From assembly GCA_963693055.1 (NCBI GenBank), contig OY843751.1:3424001-3488000 (forward strand): a stretch of DNA of 64,000 bases, in the 5' to 3' direction. Below are positions 20,776 to 29,690 of this stretch, one piece after another (the stretch's first letter is position 1; every line of letters starts with the position of its first letter). The translations under genes and the position numbers were made by a program. This stretch comes from a bacterium. Its GTDB lineage: Bacteria > Zhuqueibacterota > Zhuqueibacteria > Residuimicrobiales > Krinioviventaceae. A model generated the notes under the pieces. That model did no database searches, was not told the origin of the DNA, and was given only the letters and a program-made list of their open reading frames with translations.

Positions 20776-23511
20776 CTAATCCTGGAGCAAAAGTTGCAAA
20801 TTCTCTTCCAACTTTTTCAAGCTGGTTTGCCAATTTTCCTGCTTTTCTTTTTCTTTATCAATTACATCCTTGGGTGCTCTGGCAATAAAATCACGATTTG
20901 ACAGTTTTTTACTCAATCCGGCAAGTTGTTTATCAATTCTTTCGATCTCTTTTGAAAGCCTGCTTTTTTCCACTTCAATATCAATCAATTCGGCAAGCGG
21001 AACAACAATATCCATTCCCTGCACAACAGCAGTTGCAGAAAGTTTGGGACGTTCATTGTCAAAGGCAATATGAGATACTCTTGCAAGTTTCTGAATAGAA
21101 TGTGAACTGCTTTTGATCAATGCCTGTTTTGCTTTTGATGCACCCAGAACAATTAAATCCGCTTCTTTGGCCGGGGGAACATTCATTTCACCGCGTATAT
21201 TTCGAATGGCACCTATAATCTGCTGCAACAGTGACATATCTTTTTCTACAGATGCATCAATTCTTTCGGTCTCTGCCTTGGGATATGGCTGGCTCATAAT
21301 GGATTTCACATCACTTTCCTGATGTAATACATCCGGCAGGTTTTGCCACAATTCTTCTGTAATAAAAGGCATAAACGGATGCAGCAAACGTACTATATTA
21401 TCAAGTATATATACAGCTACGGAACGTGCAACCTGTTGTTTTTTCGGATTATTACTATCATATAACCGGCTCTTGATCAGCTCAATGTACCAGTCACAAT
21501 ACTCGGTCCAGATAAAGCTGTAAAGCGCATGAGTAGCATCATTCATTCTAAAATCATGTAATGACTTTTCAATCTCGATAATAGCGCGGTTCAAACGTGA
21601 CAAAATCCACTTGTCTGCCATTTCCAGATTAGATTCAGGAATATCACTCAGTAAAAGTACCGGTTGGTCTTCATCCAGATTCATCAATACAAAACGTGAT
21701 GCATTCCAAAGTTTATTGGTAAACTTTTGACCCAATTCAATCAAGGTGTGGTCAAATTTTATATCTCCACCCAGGGGTGTTAAATAAACCATGGTTAAAC
21801 GGATAGCATCCGCTCCATATGCAGTTACACCTTTTTTATAAGATGGATTCACTTTTGAAAATGCTGTAATATCTTTACCTTCAACTCCATTGATCAGCCA
21901 AAGCGGATCAGGAGAGTTGCCAAGTGATTTTGACATTTTCTTACCTGACAAATCACGGATCATTCCATTGAAATAAACATCTTTGAAGGGTATATCATCC
22001 ATAAATTCAAGTGAAGCCATAATCATACGGGCAACCCAGAAGAAAATAATATCCGGGCCGGTTGCCAGTGTATCTGTTGGGAAAAACTTTTTCAGATCTG
22101 TTGTTTCGTCAGGCCAACCCAGTGTACTGAACGGCCACAACCAGGATGAAAACCAGGTATCCAAAACATCCTGTTCCTGTTCAAGGTTGGTACTGCCACA
22201 TTCAACGCATGCTTTTGGTTCGTCAATGGAAACCGTTACATGTCCGTGTTCACAATACCAGGCAGGAATTCGATGTCCCCACCAGATTTGACGGCTTATA
22301 CACCAGTCACGGATGTTTTCCATCCAATGAAAATAGGTCTCTTCCCAATGTTTGGGATGGAATTTGATCTGACCTTCACGAACGACCTTGATAGCCGGCT
22401 TAGCCAGGGGTTCCATTTTAACAAACCATTGGTCTGAAAGATGCGGCTCTACAATATCTCCGGAACGGTAGCATTTGGGAATTGCAACGATTTTATTACG
22501 CTCACCACGCAACAGTTTCAAATTCTCAAGATCAGCAAGGATCTTTTTACGGGCTTCAAAACGGTCCAAACCGTTATAATGCCCTGCATTTTCATTCATT
22601 TTACCATGTGCGTCAATTACCGAGATCTGTTCCAGATTATGACGTTGGCCTACTTCAAAATCGTTAAAATCATGTGCGGGTGTTATCTTGACTGCTCCAC
22701 TTCCCAATTCAGGATCAGCATGTTCATCACCAACAATGGGGATCTCACGTCCAATCAAAGGTAAACGCACTTTTTTACCAATCATTGCCTTGTAACGTTC
22801 ATCTTCGGGATGTACAGCAACAGCGGTATCACCCAGCATGGTTTCAGGACGTGTAGTAGATACAATGATCTCTCCTGATCCATCAGCTAATGGATATGCC
22901 AGGTCCCAAAACTTGCCTTCGGTTTCTACATTATCTACTTCTTCATCAGCCAGAGCCGTATAACATTTGGGACACCAGTTGATTAAACGGCGTCCTCTAT
23001 ATATCAAACCTTTATCATACAAACTTACAAATACTTTTTTAACCGCAAAACTGAGGTTTTCATCCATGGTAAAGCATTCACGGTCCCAGTCACAAGCAGC
23101 ACCCAGATGACGTAATTGTTTAAATATAATGCCGCCATACTTTTCTTTCCATTCCCACACGCGCTCCAAAAACTTTTCGCGTCCCAGCATGTGGCGGTCC
23201 AAACCTTCTTCTGCGATGGCAGCTTCTACCTTGTTCTGAGTAGCAATACCGGCATGGTCCGTACCCGGCATCCACAAGGTTTCATAGCCCTGCATTTTTT
23301 TCCATCGAATCAACAGATCCTGAATCGTATTATTCAAAATGTGCCCCATGGTCAACATACCGGTCACATTAGGCGGTGGAATTACAATAGAATAATGCTT
23401 TTTCTTGCTTGTTTCATCACCATGAAAAAGCTTGTGCTCTTCCCAATAAGTGTACCATTTATCTTCAACTTTGGTCGGATCGTATACCTTGTCAAGTTCT
23501 TTAAAGCCCAT
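20776..23511 (-). CDS. valS: Valine--tRNA ligase
   Basis: PPPNVTG.LTMGH (HIGH-like), DHAGIATQ, DWCISRQ, KMSKS, C-terminal coiled coil; GAGGAG RBS before ATG 23511. Confidence 0.97.
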   Translation of the reverse strand: MGFKELDKVYDPTKVEDKWYTYWEEHKLFHGDETSKKKHYSIVIPPPNVTGMLTMGHILNNTIQDLLIRWKKMQGYETLWMPGTDHAGIATQNKVEAAIAEEGLDRHMLGREKFLERVWEWKEKYGGIIFKQLRHLGAACDWDRECFTMDENLSFAVKKVFVSLYDKGLIYRGRRLINWCPKCYTALADEEVDNVETEGKFWDLAYPLADGSGEIIVSTTRPETMLGDTAVAVHPEDERYKAMIGKKVRLPLIGREIPIVGDEHADPELGSGAVKITPAHDFNDFEVGQRHNLEQISVIDAHGKMNENAGHYNGLDRFEARKKILADLENLKLLRGERNKIVAIPKCYRSGDIVEPHLSDQWFVKMEPLAKPAIKVVREGQIKFHPKHWEETYFHWMENIRDWCISRQIWWGHRIPAWYCEHGHVTVSIDEPKACVECGSTNLEQEQDVLDTWFSSWLWPFSTLGWPDETTDLKKFFPTDTLATGPDIIFFWVARMIMASLEFMDDIPFKDVYFNGMIRDLSGKKMSKSLGNSPDPLWLINGVEGKDITAFSKVNPSYKKGVTAYGADAIRLTMVYLTPLGGDIKFDHTLIELGQKFTNKLWNASRFVLMNLDEDQPVLLLSDIPESNLEMADKWILSRLNRAIIEIEKSLHDFRMNDATHALYSFIWTEYCDWYIELIKSRLYDSNNPKKQQVARSVAVYILDNIVRLLHPFMPFITEELWQNLPDVLHQESDVKSIMSQPYPKAETERIDASVEKDMSLLQQIIGAIRNIRGEMNVPPAKEADLIVLGASKAKQALIKSSSHSIQKLARVSHIAFDNERPKLSATAVVQGMDIVVPLAELIDIEVEKSRLSKEIERIDKQLAGLSKKLSNRDFIARAPKDVIDKEKEKQENWQTSLKKLEENLQLLLQD

Positions 23512-23584
23512 GAAACTCCTCAATCTCTGTCATCGGTTTGGTTCATTACTGCATAAAAGCAGACCTAAATATATATAGTTTATT

Positions 23585-23613
23585 AATATAGTAAAACCCT
23601 TTACAAGAGTCAA
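23585..23613 (-). promoter_or_regulatory. Sigma70-type promoter upstream of valS
   Basis: Minus strand TTGACT-N17-TATATT, about 75 bp upstream of the valS start. Confidence 0.6.
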
Positions 23614-23717
23614 CGAATTTTGGCTCCTCTCAATAGAGAAAAATCATTTTAAAATGAATATTGAAAACAATTCATCAGTTTTACGTATAAAGATTAAATA
23701 ACAGAAAGGATGAATTC

Positions 23718-23951
23718 ATGCAGATCAAAACCATTATTATCACCGTACTATTAACTCTATTTACTATAATCCTAATCCAGAATACAACAATTGTTACTTT
23801 TCAATTGTTATTCTGGCAGGTATCCACATCATTAATTATTCTAATGATCATTATGCTGTTGATCGGTTATTTAATTGGATTATTTTCAAGAGCATTATTT
23901 AAAAAGCGTAAAAAGCAGGAAAATAAACAAACGGAAACCAGCGAAATTTAA
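23718..23951 (+). CDS. LapA/DUF1049-like small membrane protein
   Basis: Two TM segments with IQNT..V..QLLFW pattern and basic tail; AAGGA RBS. Confidence 0.75.
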   Translation: MQIKTIIITVLLTLFTIILIQNTTIVTFQLLFWQVSTSLIILMIIMLLIGYLIGLFSRALFKKRKKQENKQTETSEI

Positions 23952-24005
23952 AAACTTCCCCACTATCCAATTCAACTTATAATAATTAAATTGAACACTT
24001 TTGCA

Positions 24006-24035
24006 CACAATCTGTACCTGTAGGTACAGATTGTG
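24006..24035. promoter_or_regulatory. Perfect palindrome, probable operator or upstream activating sequence
   Basis: CACAATCTGTACCT-gt-AGGTACAGATTGTG; 14-bp arms, 2-nt spacer, no T-tail; ends about 70 bp upstream of a -24/-12 promoter. Confidence 0.65.
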
Positions 24036-24105
24036 ATTCTCCTGTAAACGGCTAAAACAAACCAATCCCTTGTAAATTATAAACTTGCAAACCAGAAGAT
24101 AATTC

Positions 24106-24120
24106 TGGCATATCCATTGC
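24106..24120 (+). promoter_or_regulatory. Sigma-54 (-24/-12) promoter
   Basis: TGGCATATCCATTGC matches TGGCAC-N5-TTGC with exact GG-N10-GC spacing; RBS CAGGAG and ATG 24168 downstream. Confidence 0.75.
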
Positions 24121-24167
24121 CAAAACAAGGGCAGAAACAAAAACAAACTAACATACAGGAGAACATC

Positions 24168-25037
24168 ATGAAAGTCTTGACCACCAAACGAATCGCATCA
24201 TTCATTTCTACAAGTATTTTGGTATCAATCATTACCTTGACAGGTTGTAGTGAAAACAGTCCTATTGAACCAGAGAGTAACTTTGCATATGATGAAAACG
24301 CAGATGTTGCTGAATCTGTTGCCGGAACCGTTGGTGAAGACACCGGTGGTATGATGGACCAAATGAACGATATGATGGTTCTGGCCGGTGAAGAATCTCT
24401 GGCAAAAACTGAGGGTGACTTTTTTGAATCCAAAGAAAAAAACTGGGATGAAGCCACACAATCGTGGATTATATCAGTTAAACGTGAACGCGGATATGAA
24501 GAAAGCTCTTTTTACGCATTGATTGAAAGAGAATACCAGGTCCAGTTCCTGAATTCAGGCAATGTTCCTCAAAAATTCTGGATAACCAATAATGATACAG
24601 CCACCACAATGACGTTTAAAATTGTAACAGGAGAAGGACGTCATAAAACACTCAAATTATCACAGGAATTGCTAGAACTGGATGGCAGCTTTACTGCAAC
24701 GGGTGTAAATACAGATACTGTAACATTTGTAGGAAATTACTCACGCGCGGCTGTAGATACCATTACTACAGAAAGGTTTACACGCATACATAATCATTCA
24801 ACAGCATTATCCTTTACTTTGGCAGGTCCTCGTATGAGCAGTGCAGACCTGACCCAGCACTATACAGGACAAATTACCGGTACTTATAATGCCGATATAG
24901 AATTCAACGGAGAAAACGGCATGGTAGATCGGTCAATTGAAAAATCATTTACCATTGATGTAGATGAAGGTAACGCAGAAATCATCATCAACAAGCACTT
25001 GTACATGTGCAGTTTAATAACCGGACAGGTTGAATAA
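24168..25037 (+). CDS. Orphan beta-rich lipoprotein
   Basis: RBS AGGAG, ATG 24168, lipobox LTGC, acidic linker, alternating beta-strand pattern. Confidence 0.8.
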   Translation: MKVLTTKRIASFISTSILVSIITLTGCSENSPIEPESNFAYDENADVAESVAGTVGEDTGGMMDQMNDMMVLAGEESLAKTEGDFFESKEKNWDEATQSWIISVKRERGYEESSFYALIEREYQVQFLNSGNVPQKFWITNNDTATTMTFKIVTGEGRHKTLKLSQELLELDGSFTATGVNTDTVTFVGNYSRAAVDTITTERFTRIHNHSTALSFTLAGPRMSSADLTQHYTGQITGTYNADIEFNGENGMVDRSIEKSFTIDVDEGNAEIIINKHLYMCSLITGQVE

Positions 25038-25073
25038 ATATTCTCTCTCTCTCCCCCTCAAACACACTCTTCT

Positions 25074-25107
25074 AAAAACGACAGTCAAAATATGACTGTC
25101 GTTTTTT
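25074..25107 (+). terminator. Rho-independent terminator
   Basis: AAAAACGACAGTCA-aaata-TGACTGTCGTTTTTT after the lipoprotein stop. Confidence 0.85.
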
Positions 25108-25271
25108 AATTATAAATTAAAAAAAATGAGAAAAATCATTGAAAATTAATTTTTTATTTTGAAATTTAAAAATCTTTACTATTTTATAAATGAATATGGA
25201 CATCTAATGTATCTTTATAATTATTTAAAGGTTACATTAACGAACATTTTCTCCACAAAAGGGGAAAATTA

Positions 25272-26831
25272 ATGCAAAATATGCGCGATTTTGACAAACC
25301 CTATATACTCCTGGTTGAAGATAATAAAGACCAGGCATTTGTAGTATCTTATTTTTTAAAAGAAAAAGGCTACCATGTAGACTGGTGTAACACTGCTAAA
25401 TCCGCTGTGCGTAAAGCCTACCAGCATGATTACAATTTAATTTTACTTGATGTAATGTTAAATTCGGACAAGGACGGATTTGAATTGATCCAATTTTTCA
25501 AATCTTCTCCCCCACTCAAGGAAATACCGGTAATTATGCTGACGGCAAGATCAAACAGCAAGGATAAAGTCAATGGTTTAAAACTGGGGGCAGACGATTA
25601 TATTACCAAACCATTTGACAGGGATGAGCTTCTTGCAAGAATTGAAAGTACTATCGAACGCAAGAATAAAGTCAGATACATTGAACAGTTTAAAGATCTT
25701 TTAGAAAACACAGATGATATTGTTTTACTGTTAGACAGCAAAGGGATTATTGATCACGCCAATAAACAGGCCAAGATCATCATTCCTCAATTAAAGAACA
25801 AAGATAAAAAATATAAACTTGTAGACATATTTGATCCCATGTTTTCTTCGGCTATCCTGGCATTTTTTGACAGGGTGCTTCAAGGTATGGAAGTAAAAGG
25901 CACAGATTGGAAATTAAGGCAATCAGCAGAAACAGTCACATCCGTTGATGCCAAATTATTACCCATCTTGCAGGGAGAACGGATCATTGGTGTGGGATGT
26001 ATTTTTCGGGATTCTTCACAACGTATACAGGCAATTCAGGAATTTGAAAAACGGAATCGTGATTTACAGCAGCGAGTCAGACAAACTGATGCCCGTCTGA
26101 ACGAAGTACAGGAAAAGCTAATCATGTCTGAAAAGCTGGCAGTTATGGGAGAACTTGCAGCCGCTATTGCACATGAAATACGAAATCCGTTAAATACAAT
26201 CAGTTCTTCCATATACTTTTTGCAAAGGATATTAAAATCAGAAGAGCCCAAGGCACATGAGCATTTAAATATCATCAGGCAAGAGATACAACGCACCCAG
26301 AATATTATTGTCAATCTTTTAGATTTTTCAAGAAAATCAGGTTCAGACAAAACAGAAACAGAAATTAACCAGCTTGTAAACCAAACCCTGGTTCTGGTTG
26401 AAAAAGAACTATTTATCAACAATATTTCACTAAATAAGGAATTAAACAATGTTGAAAAATGTTTTGTGAATCCAGATGATATGAAGCAAATTTTTTTAAA
26501 CCTGATTCTGAACGCTAGAGATGCTATGCCTAAAGGTGGTGATTTAACCGTAATAACGGAAATGAAAGACGACAAGATACGGGTGACCATATCAGATACA
26601 GGCAAAGGGATCCCAAAACACATTTTAGACAAAATTTTCGATCCATTTTTTTCCACCAAAGAAGAAGGGCAGAATGTAGGTATAGGGTTATCGATAGTAC
26701 AAACTGCTATAGAACGAAACAATGGTACAATTCAGGTTTCTTCCAATGGTAACTCGGGAACGACATTTACAATTTGTCTCCCAGCGATAGATTCTAATCC
26801 CAAGAACCCTTTAAATGAACTAAAAAACTAA
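25272..26831 (+). CDS. Soluble hybrid sensor histidine kinase (REC-PAS-coiled coil-HisKA-HATPase)
   Basis: N-terminal REC (VEDN, LLDVML, GADDYITKPF), PAS-like middle, AHEIRNPL H-box, NLILNARDAM, DTGKG, FDPFFSTK, GIGL; no TM segment. Confidence 0.92.
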   Translation: MQNMRDFDKPYILLVEDNKDQAFVVSYFLKEKGYHVDWCNTAKSAVRKAYQHDYNLILLDVMLNSDKDGFELIQFFKSSPPLKEIPVIMLTARSNSKDKVNGLKLGADDYITKPFDRDELLARIESTIERKNKVRYIEQFKDLLENTDDIVLLLDSKGIIDHANKQAKIIIPQLKNKDKKYKLVDIFDPMFSSAILAFFDRVLQGMEVKGTDWKLRQSAETVTSVDAKLLPILQGERIIGVGCIFRDSSQRIQAIQEFEKRNRDLQQRVRQTDARLNEVQEKLIMSEKLAVMGELAAAIAHEIRNPLNTISSSIYFLQRILKSEEPKAHEHLNIIRQEIQRTQNIIVNLLDFSRKSGSDKTETEINQLVNQTLVLVEKELFINNISLNKELNNVEKCFVNPDDMKQIFLNLILNARDAMPKGGDLTVITEMKDDKIRVTISDTGKGIPKHILDKIFDPFFSTKEEGQNVGIGLSIVQTAIERNNGTIQVSSNGNSGTTFTICLPAIDSNPKNPLNELKN

Positions 26832-26857
26832 CAAATTCATTCAAGCAGGATTGTATT

Positions 26858-28192
26858 ATGCAAGACTATGAACCAACAATTTTACTGGTAGACGATGAAG
26901 ACAATTGCTTACGGGTCATTAGTGATGTATTCGAACTTGAGGGAATTGAATGCATTACAGCAAATTCGGGGGAAAAGGCCCTGGAGATATTCGAACTCAA
27001 TGATATTGATATTGTTGTGACGGATATCAAAATGCCGGGGGTCTCCGGATTGGATTTGTTAAAAGAGGTTAAGGCCAGAAAGCCCGAAACTGTAGTAATT
27101 ATGATGACTGGTTATGGTTCTATAGGAAACGCTATAGAATCAATCAAGCAAGGAGCATATCAGTACATTATAAAACCCATTGTTATGGACGATTTCCTTG
27201 CACAAATCAGAGACATTATGAGCCAGGTCCAAAATGGTAAACCTACTAATGTCTACAAACCAGATAGCAATTATTTTAACAATAATCTCCAAGGAACAGC
27301 ATTCCGTATCCAAAACATTAACAAGATTATTGGTCTGGTTTCAAAATCTGATTTACCTTTACTCATAACAGGTGAAAGTGGAACCGGAAAAGAATTGGCC
27401 GCTTTACAAATCCACAAATCTGGTGATCGTGCTGACCAGAACTTTGTAACACTCAATTGTACAACATGCAAAGATGTACATCTTGAAAATGACCTGTTTG
27501 GCTCCAAATCCGGCTCAAAACCATCCGAGATAGAAAAAGCTAATGGCGGCACTTTTTATCTGGAAGAAATTGGAAATCTCAAATCATCGTTACAAACCAA
27601 ATTATTAGAAGTAATTAAAACCGGAGAAATTAAATATGCCGGTAATCCGGAGCCGGTCAAAGTAGATGTAAGATTCATAGCATCTACAAGCCACAATCTT
27701 GAACAGGAAGTTGAAGAAGGCGTTTTTGATTTCGAACTGTTCCATGTTTTCAATTCAATTACCATCAGAATGCCGGCACTTCGCGAAATCACAAATGACA
27801 TTCCTGCACTTGCACAGCACTTTGCTAATGAGTACAATTCCAAATCCACCAAAAAGATCAAGATCAACAAAGAAACGCTGACAACCTTGCAAAACTATTC
27901 CTGGCCGGGTAATGTTAGGGAGCTTATCAATGTTATTCGCAGCGCAGTATCTATATGCGAAAGCAATGAGATTATGAAATTTGATCTCCCTGCCCATTTA
28001 ACCAATGGTAAAGCTAAAGAAAAACCCGGGAAAAAAGAAAAACGTTCTTCATTACTTTTAGCAGATGTTGAGCAGGATCATATTATGGGTGTACTTGATA
28101 TGGCCAAAGGTAACAAGAGTATGGCTGCAACCATGCTGGGTATACACAGGGATACGTTATTGAGGAAATTGAAAAAATACGGTGTAGATTAA
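26858..28192 (+). CDS. NtrC-family response regulator (REC-AAA+-Fis HTH) with degenerate AAA+ domain lacking GAFTGA
   Basis: DDE, TDIKMP, GESGTGKE, WPGNVREL and HTH MAATMLGIHRDTL present; GAFTGA absent (LFGSKSGSKPSEIEKANGG). Confidence 0.9.
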   Translation: MQDYEPTILLVDDEDNCLRVISDVFELEGIECITANSGEKALEIFELNDIDIVVTDIKMPGVSGLDLLKEVKARKPETVVIMMTGYGSIGNAIESIKQGAYQYIIKPIVMDDFLAQIRDIMSQVQNGKPTNVYKPDSNYFNNNLQGTAFRIQNINKIIGLVSKSDLPLLITGESGTGKELAALQIHKSGDRADQNFVTLNCTTCKDVHLENDLFGSKSGSKPSEIEKANGGTFYLEEIGNLKSSLQTKLLEVIKTGEIKYAGNPEPVKVDVRFIASTSHNLEQEVEEGVFDFELFHVFNSITIRMPALREITNDIPALAQHFANEYNSKSTKKIKINKETLTTLQNYSWPGNVRELINVIRSAVSICESNEIMKFDLPAHLTNGKAKEKPGKKEKRSSLLLADVEQDHIMGVLDMAKGNKSMAATMLGIHRDTLLRKLKKYGVD

Positions 28193-28223
28193 AAAAAAGC
28201 CCCTTATTTAGGGGCTTTTTTTT
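28191..28223. terminator. Bidirectional Rho-independent terminator
   Basis: AAAAAAAAGCCCCT-tattt-AGGGGCTTTTTTT between convergent genes. Confidence 0.9.
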
Positions 28224-28233
28224 ATTTAAAGCT

Positions 28234-29661
28234 TTAATTGACTTTGCCATTTGTTAAATATTCATGTATAGATTTTGCTGCTTTTCGTCCGGCTCCCATT
28301 GCCAGAATAACCGTAGCGCCACCCGTTACAACATCACCACCTGCATAAACACCTTTTTTACATGTTGCACCTGTTTCTTCATCCACAACAATGGTTCCGC
28401 GTTTTGAGCATTCAAGATCCGGTGTTGTCTGTTGGATCAATGGATTCGATCCATTACCAATTGCAATAATGGCTAAATCAATATCAATTACATATTCTGA
28501 TCCTTCCATAGGAACAGGTCTGCGGCGACCGGAAGCATCGGGTTCACCCAACTCCATTTTAATGCATTTCACACCATTCAACCAACCTTTACCATTATCC
28601 AAAAATTCTAATGGACTGGTAAGCATTTTAAATTCAATGCCCTCTTCTTTGGCATGATGAATTTCTTCATTACGCGCTGGCATTTCAACCTCTGAACGAC
28701 GATACAGAATATAAGCATTTTTAGCACCCAAACGTTTAGCGGTACGTACAGAGTCCATTGCGGTGTTTCCACCACCTATAACTGCTACATTCTTGTCTTT
28801 TACACTGATTACCGGTGAATCATATTCCGGGAAACGATATGCTTTCATCAGGTTTACGCGGGTTAAAAATTCATTGGCAGAATATACGCCAATCAGATCT
28901 TCACCGGGAAGGTCCATAAACCAGGGTAATCCTGCACCTGATGCTACAAAAACAGCATCATAACCATCGCTCAACAACTCGTCAATAGTATCTACACGAC
29001 CAATAACAGCATTAGGCTCAAATTCCACACCCATTTTACTGAGATTATTAATTTCCTGCTTTACAATATCTTTTGGCAGACGAAATTCAGGAATACCGTA
29101 AACCAATACACCACCAAGTTCATGAAAAGCTTCAAAAACGGTTACGCCATAACCCATCTGCACCAAATCACCGGCACATGACAAACCGGCAGGGCCGCTG
29201 CCAACAACTGCTACTTTTTTATCGGATTTCCGTTCAGCTGCTTTAACTTCAAGAGGTTGGTTTGTTCGCTCGTAATCGGCTACAAAGCGTTCCAGGTTAC
29301 CAATAGCAACGGGATCGCCTTTCTTTCCGACAATACACAGATTTTCGCACTGTTCTTCCTGGGGACATACACGTCCGCAGATAGCTGGCAGCATATTATC
29401 TTCTTTAATAGACTGACTGGCAGCCGCAAAGTCACCTTCTACGATATAATTGATGAATCTGGGTATATTGATATTAACAGGACAACCTGACACACAAACC
29501 GGTTTTTTACATTGCAAACACCGAAGGGCTTCTTTTTGGGCCATTTCAACGGTATAACCCAAATTAACCTCTTTAAAATTCGTAACCCTCTGCATGGGAT
29601 CCTGTTCGGGCATCTTTTGCCGCGGTATTTGTCGTCTTTCTTTGGCTGAAAGTTCATTCAT
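28234..29661 (-). CDS. nfnB: NfnB/SudA (GltD-like large subunit of electron-bifurcating NADH-dependent ferredoxin:NADP+ oxidoreductase)
   Basis: CLQCKKPVC..GCP, CGRVCPQEEQC, GSGPAG, YGIPEFRLP, GGGNTAMD, GGATVILAMGAG; paired with NfnA. Confidence 0.88.
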   Translation of the reverse strand: MNELSAKERRQIPRQKMPEQDPMQRVTNFKEVNLGYTVEMAQKEALRCLQCKKPVCVSGCPVNINIPRFINYIVEGDFAAASQSIKEDNMLPAICGRVCPQEEQCENLCIVGKKGDPVAIGNLERFVADYERTNQPLEVKAAERKSDKKVAVVGSGPAGLSCAGDLVQMGYGVTVFEAFHELGGVLVYGIPEFRLPKDIVKQEINNLSKMGVEFEPNAVIGRVDTIDELLSDGYDAVFVASGAGLPWFMDLPGEDLIGVYSANEFLTRVNLMKAYRFPEYDSPVISVKDKNVAVIGGGNTAMDSVRTAKRLGAKNAYILYRRSEVEMPARNEEIHHAKEEGIEFKMLTSPLEFLDNGKGWLNGVKCIKMELGEPDASGRRRPVPMEGSEYVIDIDLAIIAIGNGSNPLIQQTTPDLECSKRGTIVVDEETGATCKKGVYAGGDVVTGGATVILAMGAGRKAAKSIHEYLTNGKVN

Positions 29662-29690
29662 AGGGTTGATCCTTTTACATTCTATAGTTA

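Noticed and set aside
25041-25058. Short (CT)n tract
   Set aside because: Only about 5 units in a 3' UTR; no evidence for phase variation.
26036-26722. 228-aa minus-strand ORF
   Set aside because: Antisense shadow of the histidine kinase; no recognisable motifs.
28234-29661. Glutamate synthase small subunit (gltD) call
   Set aside because: No gltB large subunit nearby, and pairing with a PyrK-like subunit indicates NfnAB/SudAB.
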